Source: a bacterium (GTDB taxonomy: Bacteria; Bacteroidota; Ignavibacteria; UBA10030). From it: DNA of 64,000 bases. Below the pieces are notes generated by a model. It was not told where the DNA came from. It searched no databases and saw only the letters and a list, made by a program, of their open reading frames with translations. Each line of letters opens with the position of its first letter. The stretch's first letter is position 1. The translations under genes and the position numbers were made by a program. Positions 1-8,669 of the stretch are shown here, piece after piece. Where the stretch lies: contig JAZDJN010000091.1 of the NCBI GenBank assembly GCA_043803945.1, positions 13,671 to 77,670 of the forward strand. Reading direction: 5' to 3'.

Positions 1-292
1 GTGCATGGATGACATCCAGGACATAGTTGCGATCATACGTGAGATGAAGGTAGAGATGCATGGGATTGGTGACCGTTTCTGCCGAGGGATTTTTCACAAA
101 GACTCCCTTGCCTTTGACGATGGTTACCAAACCACGACCGCTCAGCATGCGCAATGCTTCTCGGATGGCCGTTCTGCTGACTCCGAATTGAGAACAGAGT
201 TCTTGTTCGGAAGGAAGCTTCGAACCGGGAGAGATCGTTTTCGAGAGAATCGCTTCCTCGATTTTTGCTTCGATAGACTTGCTGAGAAGCAT
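1..292 (-). CDS. GntR/FadR-family transcriptional regulator, N-terminal wHTH part (gene runs off the left edge)
   Basis: Manual reverse translation from the ATG at 292-290 gives MLLSKSIEAKIEEAILSKTISPGSKLPSEQELCSQFGVSRTAIREALRMLSGRGLVTIVKGKGVFV..., the classic GntR helix-turn-helix signature. It is absent from the ORF track because it is open-ended. The + ORF 5..343 is its antisense shadow. Confidence 0.75.
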   Translation of the reverse strand, partial: MLLSKSIEAKIEEAILSKTISPGSKLPSEQELCSQFGVSRTAIREALRMLSGRGLVTIVKGKGVFVKNPSAETVTNPMHLYLHLTYDRNYVLDVIHA

Positions 293-536
293 CCGTTCAC
301 CAATGGGAGTAAAGATAGTTCTGTCTCCTTATATGATGTATGACATCATACCAACGGTAAAAAAAAAGAAGTTGGATGTCAAGGATTTTATTAAAGTGAA
401 GAATATTTTTCACCCGCCATATAGTATCCCCGCAGCAGCCTGCCCTGCCTAACGTTGGTGGCAACTTCACTGCAGCATGAATTCGTCGGCGAACGGAGTG
501 AAAGGAAAGCCAGAGAAATGTTCAACAGGAAATGCG

Positions 537-1832
537 TTAAGCCGATTTGCGTTTAATAACAATCAGAGACAAATCATCGGCAGTGGAATTCGCATCGTAA
601 AATTTCTGAATATCTTCATGAATCGAGCTTACCAGCTCCGAGCATGGTTTGGTCCTGTTCTCTTGGACACTGGCGATCAGGCGTCCTTCACCAAACTCCA
701 CACCATTATTGTTGGTGGCATGAAGAACGCCATCGGAGTACAGGAGGAGAACATCACCAGCATTTAACTGAACAGTATCCTGGCCGTAGGGAAATCCTTC
801 AAGTGCCCCCAGGAGTATTCCACCAGTACTAAGCTGCTTTGGCCATCCATCGCTCTGGAAATAGTAGGGATGCTCATGGCCCGCATTGCAAAAGGTGAAG
901 ATCCCCGTTGCAGGATCCAGAATTCCAAAGAAAAGGCTTAACTGGCCGATATTCAGATCGGCCTGGATAATCAGATCATTCCACCTGCGGGCATAGTCAC
1001 GCGGTTCCGCCTCGTGAAGAAGCTGACCCCGGAATGCCATCTGCAGCCTTGCAATCCTCAGCGCTGCATCGATACTCTCACCGCTTACATCAATCAGGTA
1101 AAGGGCCACCTTTCGATTTGGCAGATGGACGATGTCAAAAAAATCTCCACGAATTATTCTTGCCGGAATCAGGCTTCCCGCAATCTCATACTCCGTCAGT
1201 TCGAGATTGGTCTTCGGAAGCATGCCTGCCTGGATATGTTGTGCCAGCCGATCGCGCTCTGCACGTTGAATCCGGGCGAGTTCCTCCCTCTTCCCTCGCA
1301 CCATTTCAAATATCTGGTCGATCTGTTGTGCTACAAGCGGCAGGAGGTGGGTATCCGCCCGGGAGAAATCCGATTCCTCCGGGAGATTGAAGAGAGCGAT
1401 AATCCCTTCCGAAGTATTTTGGTGAAGGATCGGAGCGGCAAGGAAATTTGTCGGACAGGTGATCCATGGAAGTTTTCTCGGAAATTCCTGAATAAGCGGA
1501 TGATTGAGAAGAATGGAATTCCGACCTTCTTCAATCCATCTGATGAGATCATCCGTGATTGAAAATTGCTGCCGCGTTCCACTTGTTACCTGGAGTGGGT
1601 GCAGCACGGCATTTGCAACGGGGCGAAAAAGGATGCTGCATTGACCGACATTGTAAGCACGCACAAGACAATCGGCAATCGTCGTGAGAATCTGCTCCTG
1701 ACTTTGATTAACATCGACAAGGGTATTAATTTCATAGAGCAGTGAAAGCTCACGGAGAGATTCACGTAACCGGTTCACTTCATCATCGGGTGGCGTCGTA
1801 ACTATCCCCATGGGATTGCTTTTCACGGTCAC
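537..1832 (-). CDS. GAF-domain / PP2C-type (SpoIIE/RsbU-like) serine phosphatase
   Basis: 431-aa ORF with an N-terminal GAF-like sensor region. C-terminal PP2C motifs are present (RGDFFDIV, LYLIDVSGESIDAAL, LLLYSDGVLHATN, DDLSLIVIKR). GTG start at 1832, alternative ATG at 1811. Confidence 0.85.
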   Translation of the reverse strand: MTVKSNPMGIVTTPPDDEVNRLRESLRELSLLYEINTLVDVNQSQEQILTTIADCLVRAYNVGQCSILFRPVANAVLHPLQVTSGTRQQFSITDDLIRWIEEGRNSILLNHPLIQEFPRKLPWITCPTNFLAAPILHQNTSEGIIALFNLPEESDFSRADTHLLPLVAQQIDQIFEMVRGKREELARIQRAERDRLAQHIQAGMLPKTNLELTEYEIAGSLIPARIIRGDFFDIVHLPNRKVALYLIDVSGESIDAALRIARLQMAFRGQLLHEAEPRDYARRWNDLIIQADLNIGQLSLFFGILDPATGIFTFCNAGHEHPYYFQSDGWPKQLSTGGILLGALEGFPYGQDTVQLNAGDVLLLYSDGVLHATNNNGVEFGEGRLIASVQENRTKPCSELVSSIHEDIQKFYDANSTADDLSLIVIKRKSA

Positions 1833-2003
1833 ATCTCATTTATTGGTGATGGGGTGCAAACATCATAACGGAAAGAGTATTAAAAAAAATCGTTTGAAGT
1901 TCCACATAAAATTTCATTCTTTTTCCTAAGTCATTGATGTACTTTCATCCTCAGAGATGGGATAGGTGAGTTCACCTTTCCTTGAGGTGAGTAATAAAAG
2001 TGC

Positions 2004-4610
2004 CTACCCTCCCGATCCCTTCTCCCCCATTGCCAGCACTTCGTTGACCTTCTGTGAAAATTGGCGTGTCGAAAATGGTTTTTGTATGAAATGAACTCCT
2101 TCATCAAGAATGCCATGTTTGTTGATCACTTCTGCTGTATAGCCGGACATAAACAGCACTTTTAATCCGGGTATGATGGCACTTAATTGCTTGTAGAGAT
2201 TCTTCCCGTCACCGTCCGGAAGAACCACATCGGTAATCAACATGTTAATCTCTTTCCCTTCTTTCGTCTCCAGGATGGAAAGCGCCGTTCGTACATCCTT
2301 TGCCTCGAGCGTCGTGAATCCTTTTTCTTCCAGTGATTCGACCAACATCGAGAGTACCTGTTCCTGATCTTCTACCACCAGCACCGTTCCACTGCCCTGC
2401 ACCGGGAGAGGTGGGGGTATGGATTGTTTGATTGGCAGCGCATTGCCATAATATTGGGGGAAAAAAATCTTAAACGTCGTTCCTGAACCCTCTTCGCTAT
2501 AGACCGTAATAAATCCTCTATGCTGCCTGACTATTCCATAAATCATCGAAAGCCCAAGGCCCGTTCCTTTCCCAAGGCCTTTGGTTGTAAAAAATGGTTC
2601 AAATATTTTATCCAGATATTCTTTGCCAATCCCAACTCCTGTATCGCTGAACGACATCAGAATATATTCTCCGGCAATGGCGCCTTCATATTGCTTTGCG
2701 AGATCTTCATCCACAAAAATTGGCGATGTTTCGACAATGATTGTTCCCCCTCTGGGCATTGCATCCTGTGCGTTTACAGCCAGATTGAGAATAATCTGTG
2801 TGAGCTGCCCATGGTCAGCCCGAATGGCCGGGAGCGAGCCTGCAAGCACATACGTAATCTGGATATCTTCTCTGAGTGTTCGACGAATAATGTCATGCAT
2901 ATCAGAAAGAATCGTATTAAGATCGAATGGCTTCATCTCCAGTGTCTGTTTGCGAGCAAAGGCGAGTAGTTGACCGACAAGATCGCGCGATTTCAAAGCC
3001 GCACGCACAATATGTTCGACTCTGCCCTGCTCCGTCTCGTTTAGCCGTGGAGAAGATTGCAGCATCTCGGCATATCCGATGATCGGTGTTAACATATTAT
3101 TGAAATCATGAGCGATTCCTCCCGCGAGACGCCCGACCGATTCCATCTTCACGGCCTGGATGAGTTGCTCCTCGAGCCGTTCGCGCTGCTGCTCCGCCAA
3201 TTTTCGTTCGCTGATATCACGACTGACACCGATAAGTCCCACCGGTATTCCTTGCGCATCTTTCAGAAATCGAACTGCCAACTCGCTCCAAAAGCGTGAC
3301 CTATCTTTCTTAACCTGTTCGAGCTCCAGAACAACGATTTTATATGGAGACCGCTGGTGTGCCCTCTCTAGCGCAAGTTCTTTTGCCAGGACGGCTGATG
3401 CGCTCTCAACAGATTCCGGCGTCATGAAATCACTCAGTTTCATCGTGAGCATCTCTTCTGCCTTCCAACCGCTGAACCGTTCTATAGAAGGACTGATGTA
3501 TGTCAGATTGAAGGAGAGGTCTGTTGTCCAAATCACATCGGAAATATTTTCAGCGAGAATGCGGTATCGTTCCTCGCTGGTACGGAGGATTTCCTCTGCC
3601 TGCCTTCGATCGGTAATATCCTGAAGGATCCCCACTGAACCTTTGACATTTCCCTGTTCATCCCAGACCGGGACAGCAGAATCTGTAATCCATTTCAGCG
3701 TACCATCACGCATACGGATTTGGCAGTCGGATTTCCATACCTTCAATTTGCCTTCGGCAGCGCGATGGATCGCCTCTTGCATCGGAAGGCCTGCGGCTTC
3801 GCCGATCGGAAATGTTTTGAGCACAAGTGAATTCCAGATCTCGGGAGTCATCTCACTCGCGGAATAGCCTGTGAGTTGCAGGATCCCCTCGCCCATGAAC
3901 GTGTACGTATGAGGCTGCAGCGTGTCCGAGTAAGGAACCGCTCCAATCGTTTCAATCGCCTGGCGATAGAGCAACTCTGACCTGCGGAATTGTTCTTCAA
4001 TCTTTTCTTTCTCCTGCATCCGCTTATTGGCTACCGAGAGTGCACGACGGATACTTAGATTGATGGCGAAGACAACGATCCAACCGATCAGGAAAAAACC
4101 TGTGGTGACACTCAAATTGCGGAGCTGAGATTGAGCTGCAGAAACCGGCATCATTCCGTGCGAATCGAGGACCATGAACAACACACCGGAAAGTGCACTG
4201 AGGAGAACCAGTATGAGTGAAGGAAGCCATCCAAACACGGCACCGGAGGCAATGATAGGAATGAGGAAACCGGTGAATGCTGCCGCCTTAAGTCCACCTG
4301 CTGTATAGGCAGCAAAAAAAACGGTGAGCCAGGCTCCACCAATGACGGTGCCACCTGCAATGCGAACATACCCGCGGCGTGCGAGAATCATTCCGGCAAA
4401 AGCCACTACCGTCATCGTGCCGCCGATGACAAGCCGGCGGAAAAACGCACTTGGATCGATTACCGTATACCCAATATACCAGATTGAAACAACAAACAAG
4501 CTCCAGAGCATCGCCTGGATCATGACACTCTGATGCATAAGTAGTTCATCGGTTCGCGGGGAATCGGGGTGACTGCTTTGATCCGATTGTTCGAGCATTG
4601 ATCTGTCCAC
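2004..4610 (-). CDS. Hybrid sensor histidine kinase (multi-TM N-terminus, PAS domains, HisKA, HATPase, C-terminal receiver)
   Basis: 868-aa ORF with about 6 N-terminal TM helices and PAS-like repeats. H-box GGIAHDFNNML, then G-boxes DTGVGI and GTGLGLS, then a receiver domain (VLVVEDQE...ITDVVLPDGDG...SGY). Confidence 0.9.
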   Translation of the reverse strand: MDRSMLEQSDQSSHPDSPRTDELLMHQSVMIQAMLWSLFVVSIWYIGYTVIDPSAFFRRLVIGGTMTVVAFAGMILARRGYVRIAGGTVIGGAWLTVFFAAYTAGGLKAAAFTGFLIPIIASGAVFGWLPSLILVLLSALSGVLFMVLDSHGMMPVSAAQSQLRNLSVTTGFFLIGWIVVFAINLSIRRALSVANKRMQEKEKIEEQFRRSELLYRQAIETIGAVPYSDTLQPHTYTFMGEGILQLTGYSASEMTPEIWNSLVLKTFPIGEAAGLPMQEAIHRAAEGKLKVWKSDCQIRMRDGTLKWITDSAVPVWDEQGNVKGSVGILQDITDRRQAEEILRTSEERYRILAENISDVIWTTDLSFNLTYISPSIERFSGWKAEEMLTMKLSDFMTPESVESASAVLAKELALERAHQRSPYKIVVLELEQVKKDRSRFWSELAVRFLKDAQGIPVGLIGVSRDISERKLAEQQRERLEEQLIQAVKMESVGRLAGGIAHDFNNMLTPIIGYAEMLQSSPRLNETEQGRVEHIVRAALKSRDLVGQLLAFARKQTLEMKPFDLNTILSDMHDIIRRTLREDIQITYVLAGSLPAIRADHGQLTQIILNLAVNAQDAMPRGGTIIVETSPIFVDEDLAKQYEGAIAGEYILMSFSDTGVGIGKEYLDKIFEPFFTTKGLGKGTGLGLSMIYGIVRQHRGFITVYSEEGSGTTFKIFFPQYYGNALPIKQSIPPPLPVQGSGTVLVVEDQEQVLSMLVESLEEKGFTTLEAKDVRTALSILETKEGKEINMLITDVVLPDGDGKNLYKQLSAIIPGLKVLFMSGYTAEVINKHGILDEGVHFIQKPFSTRQFSQKVNEVLAMGEKGSGG

Positions 4611-4962
4611 CTTTTGTGTGATGCTGCTAACCTCGGCGGGCCCACATTTTTATAAAACGTCGATATCCGTAACGGCCGTTTGCTATGCTCTTGTGTCTCC
4701 ATTCACGGAACCACCATCGAATTAACCTTCATCCAGGTTTTAATGGCGATCGTATGAGGTGAGTGATCGGAGATCTGATGCAGACTCTCCTGCAACACTT
4801 CCTGTGATAATGGATCTCTTCAAACGAACAGTGGATGAGAGTCTCTGCGATGAATTCTCAATCCCGGTTGATAGGTACTCGAAATTTTTAAATTGTGCAA
4901 ATATTCTTTACTCAATTCTGGATCCAGAATAGCAAGGCATCAGGCCCAGGGATTCAATCCTT

Positions 4963-4991
4963 ACACAAAAGCCCAGCAACTGCCGGGCTTT
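4963..4991 (-). terminator. Rho-independent terminator downstream of the T9SS protein gene
   Basis: On the minus strand, AAGCCC-loop-GGGCTT is followed by TTTTGTGT, about 40 nt after the stop at 5031. Confidence 0.55.
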
Positions 4992-5030
4992 CGCTTTGAG
5001 TTCAACCATCACATGATTGAGTAATGAACC

Positions 5031-8000
5031 TTACCGAATGAGCATCAACTTACGTGTCAGGCGGAATTCACCCGCTGTGAGCGAATAGAAGTATGTTCCG
5101 CTTGGGAGCGATGCCGCATTAAATTGAATCTGATACTCACCTGCCTTGAGCATTCTCTCCACAAGTGTTGCTACGTTCTTTCCAAGGAGACTGAACACTT
5201 CCAGCGTTACTTTGGAATCCGTTGGAATAGAATACCTGATCGTCGTCGACGGATTGAATGGGTTGGGGAAGTTTTGTTCAAGCACAAATCCAGCCGGTAC
5301 CATCTTCTCATGGCCAATCTCACTTACAGAAATTGGTGTGATTGTCAGGAAAGCAGTTGCAGGCTGTGCCGCTCCATCGGACGATGAATGATACGCCGGG
5401 TTTGCTTTTACTGATCCCATAGAAAGATAGTTCACTTTATCGACAATCAGTGTATAGGATCCCGGCGTAAGGTCCTGAATTGTAAAGTTACCGCTCTGGT
5501 CCGTTATGCCGTACCCGGCAACATCTTCGGAATTCACCAACGCGTACACCATGACACCGGCAAGCGTACCTGCCTCACTGTTCCTGGCTGCTCCTCCACT
5601 TAGAGCAACAACACCTTGAATGGAGGTATATCCTGCCATTGCTTTTACAAGCGGCTTCACGATAATCGTGATCGCTGCAACTGAATTTCCATTGATCGGG
5701 ATTCTCGTTGCTTTCTCCCAGCTTGTGGTTGGACCCGAAATGCAATAGAATGTCGGTGTGTAATGCCCCAGCGGCAATGCGAAAATGATATAATTCCCCG
5801 GCGGCAGATTATTGAAATTATAGGCCCCGGTCGAATCGGTATCAGTCGTATAGGAGAGGGGAAGATTGGTGTATGTCTTCACAGCCGGATCAAGATAGGC
5901 CACTACTCTCGCCCTCAGCCCGGCTTTGGTTGCTGAATCCACAACTGTGCCGCTGATCTTGCCGGTTGAGACGGAGCTGATTTTCTTTAGCGTAAAGCTG
6001 ATCTTCGTGGTATCTTTCGTTAACTTTATGACATTGGCGGTGAGCAAATCCGATTTTCCATCGAAGAAGACATTCAAGTATCCGGGAGCCGTCGCCATTG
6101 CCGTATACGACCCTTGAGGCACCTTTACTGAGTATTTGCCGGTCGAATCCACACGAACTTTGTAAACATATTCCGAGGTCCCATCAATCCTTCCATCACC
6201 GTTAATCTGGATCGTGCTCACAAGCGGATCTGTTGGCTTTGGAATTTGTGAATTCATCGAATCGAAAAGATCACGGGTGCTGACTGTGCCCGATTCGCCA
6301 GGCATAAGTGAGACTCCGGCATTCAGACTGAATCCTGATGCGGTGAACACAACAGTAGCTTCCCGCATTGGTTTCTGGGTATCATCGAGAACGGATCCAC
6401 TTACCGTATACAATGGAAGAACCACTTTTGCCTTCATAATGAAGTTCACTGTCGATGTTGCATTGGGACGCACGAGAATGAGTGTGGCTTTATCCGAACT
6501 CGCAGCTCCATCGTACCACTGTTCGAGATAGTCGCCGCGACTTGAGGTCGCCCGCGCGACATAGGTACCCGAATCGACACGAGTGATTGTATACGTACCG
6601 TCTGAGCCGGTTACACCTTTGATCTCCAGTACCTGGAATGCATCCTTCTTATAGAGGCGCACATAGATTCCGGCAAGAGGTTTTCCAAGTGAATCCTTTA
6701 CCACTCCTGCGACAGTTCCGGTCGGACCTTGAACTGCGACAGAGAATGATTGATCTGCCCGCCCGCCTTTTGTCGAGGTCACTAACAGTGCAGCTTTGAA
6801 TATCCCTTTTTGATCCGGTACCCACTTGATCAGTCCGGTGGCAGATTCAATCGTCATGCCATTCGGTTTGGCACTTAATTGATACGTTAGTGTTGCCGTT
6901 GGATCGGTTGAGGTGGCAATCACTTGATAGGTATAAGGAATATTGAGCGTTGCACTCTCTGCAGCTTTCGATGTTATCCTGACGATATCGCCTTTGGCGG
7001 TCAATTTAAAATTGACTGTCGTCGTAGTGTTCGTCTTCACAGGGAAATATGTTGCCTGCTCAACACTCATCACACCATCGTACCATTGTTCGAGATAATT
7101 CGAATTATAGGGTATTGCACGAGCAACGTACGATCCGGTATCAACACGGATAATCGTATACTTGCCCAACGAATCAGTGATGCCCCTAATCTCAAAATAT
7201 TGTATCGTATTTTTTTGATACAAACGGATAGTCACTTTGGTTAATGGTTTTCCCTCAGAATCTGTAACGATACCGGTAACGCTACCTGTTGGACCGCTAA
7301 TGGTGACTCCAAACATCTGTTCAGCACGTCCTCCCCGTGATGAGGTAACGAGCAGTGAAGCTTTAAAGGTACCTTTCGACTGAGGAATCCAATTGATAAG
7401 TCCGGTAACTGCATCAATTGTCATGCCCTCTGGTTTCATGGTGAGCTGGTAACTCAATAAAACAGTTGGATCGGATGAGGTTGCTTTCACCTGGTAGGAG
7501 TAAAGTGTTCCAACGACTCCGCTTTCCAGAGGTTTTGAGGAAATGGCGATTACATCGTTTTTTACACTCAGTTTAAAATTCACGGTGACTGGCGCGTTTG
7601 GCTTCACTGTTATCGGAGTTGCTAACTCTGCATTGGTCACTCCATCGAACCATTGCTCATAAAGATCGCTGCGATTTGGAGTAGCACGGACAAGGTAGAG
7701 GCCCGAATCGACTTTACTGATGGTGTAATTACCAAGCGAATCGGTGATACCTTTAAATTGGATTGAGAGTAAACTATTTTTGGGATAGAGATAAACAGTA
7801 GCTCCTTTCACAGATTTTCCTGCAGGATCTGTTACGCTCCCTGCAACTGTCCCCGTCGGGCCATTGACAACCACCGTAAACGGTTGTTCAGCGCGGCCCC
7901 CTCGCGTAGAGGTGACAACCACTACTACTTTGAAGGTACCTTTCTGCAGTGGGATCCATTTCAATAATCCAGTGGCCGGATCAATTGTCATACCTTCAGG

Positions 8001-8495
8001 TTTCATCGATAATTGATAGCTCAACGTTACAGCGGGATCGGTTGTCGTCGCGACGACCTGATACGTGTATTGAACATTCAACGATGCCGACTCGGCCGGT
8101 TTCGAGGTGACACGAACCACATCGGTAACATTGATGTTTACCATGTTGCTATAACGCATTGAACCATTTTTCATCACTGCTACCACATAATAGACGAAGA
8201 TCGGTGGATTAACCGAGACTGGCGGGCGATCGACCGATTCAATCGTTGTCGTAGAGTCAGTCCGGATAAATGCGAGTATCCCCGATGTTTGACCACGATA
8301 CACCAGGAAGTATTTCACGGAATCTCCTGCTGGAGCGTTCCATTTGAGATACGTCGCTCCTCCTTCGTACTTCCCGCTTAAGGCAAAGTCAATCTTCGTG
8401 GATTGAGACCACAGTAACGTCGAGCAAAGAAGGATGCCGAGAATCAGCATTCCGAAAATAGAAAATATTTTTCGTTCCATATAGCGTACCCCCAT
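5031..8495 (-). CDS. Large T9SS-secreted surface protein with FN3-like N-terminus, 3 tandem (Ig-like + carboxypeptidase-regulatory-like) modules, further CarboxypepD_reg-like domains and a Por/T9SS C-terminal sorting domain
   Basis: 1154-aa ORF with a signal peptide (FSIFGMLILGILLCSTLLWSQ). It has three 189-aa internal repeats. The C-terminus, LEQNFPNPFNPSTTIRYSIP...GTYFYSLTAGEF..RKLMLIR, is a typical T9SS type-A CTD. Confidence 0.85.
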   Translation of the reverse strand: MGVRYMERKIFSIFGMLILGILLCSTLLWSQSTKIDFALSGKYEGGATYLKWNAPAGDSVKYFLVYRGQTSGILAFIRTDSTTTIESVDRPPVSVNPPIFVYYVVAVMKNGSMRYSNMVNINVTDVVRVTSKPAESASLNVQYTYQVVATTTDPAVTLSYQLSMKPEGMTIDPATGLLKWIPLQKGTFKVVVVVTSTRGGRAEQPFTVVVNGPTGTVAGSVTDPAGKSVKGATVYLYPKNSLLSIQFKGITDSLGNYTISKVDSGLYLVRATPNRSDLYEQWFDGVTNAELATPITVKPNAPVTVNFKLSVKNDVIAISSKPLESGVVGTLYSYQVKATSSDPTVLLSYQLTMKPEGMTIDAVTGLINWIPQSKGTFKASLLVTSSRGGRAEQMFGVTISGPTGSVTGIVTDSEGKPLTKVTIRLYQKNTIQYFEIRGITDSLGKYTIIRVDTGSYVARAIPYNSNYLEQWYDGVMSVEQATYFPVKTNTTTTVNFKLTAKGDIVRITSKAAESATLNIPYTYQVIATSTDPTATLTYQLSAKPNGMTIESATGLIKWVPDQKGIFKAALLVTSTKGGRADQSFSVAVQGPTGTVAGVVKDSLGKPLAGIYVRLYKKDAFQVLEIKGVTGSDGTYTITRVDSGTYVARATSSRGDYLEQWYDGAASSDKATLILVRPNATSTVNFIMKAKVVLPLYTVSGSVLDDTQKPMREATVVFTASGFSLNAGVSLMPGESGTVSTRDLFDSMNSQIPKPTDPLVSTIQINGDGRIDGTSEYVYKVRVDSTGKYSVKVPQGSYTAMATAPGYLNVFFDGKSDLLTANVIKLTKDTTKISFTLKKISSVSTGKISGTVVDSATKAGLRARVVAYLDPAVKTYTNLPLSYTTDTDSTGAYNFNNLPPGNYIIFALPLGHYTPTFYCISGPTTSWEKATRIPINGNSVAAITIIVKPLVKAMAGYTSIQGVVALSGGAARNSEAGTLAGVMVYALVNSEDVAGYGITDQSGNFTIQDLTPGSYTLIVDKVNYLSMGSVKANPAYHSSSDGAAQPATAFLTITPISVSEIGHEKMVPAGFVLEQNFPNPFNPSTTIRYSIPTDSKVTLEVFSLLGKNVATLVERMLKAGEYQIQFNAASLPSGTYFYSLTAGEFRLTRKLMLIR
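6420..8120 (-). repeat. Three tandem 567-bp (189-aa) in-frame coding repeats inside the T9SS protein gene
   Basis: Residues 126-314, 315-503 and 504-692 align colinearly (..TSKP.ES..L...Y.YQV.AT..DP...L.YQL..KP.GMTI....GL..W.P..KG.FK...VTS..GGRA.Q.F.V...GPTG.V.G.V.D..GK.....LY.K........GIT.S.G.YTI..VD.G.Y..RA......Y.EQW.DG.......V..N...TVNF). Confidence 0.85.
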
Positions 8496-8669
8496 TTAAA
8501 CTAATGTTATGAACTATATCAACAAAACACTCTAGATCGAATGTGTTTACACCTCTTGATAGAATTATAGAAGTGAACACATACCAGAAATTATTCCCAT
8601 GAAATTTACATCAATAGCAATTGATAGTCAATAAGACGAACAGCGGCGTATCTGCAATCACCCACCTCT

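Noticed and set aside
5-343. 112-aa + strand ORF at the left edge
   Set aside because: The opposite strand encodes an unmistakable GntR wHTH (..FGVSRTAIREALRMLSGRGLV..) starting at 292. The + ORF has no recognisable motif and is an antisense shadow.
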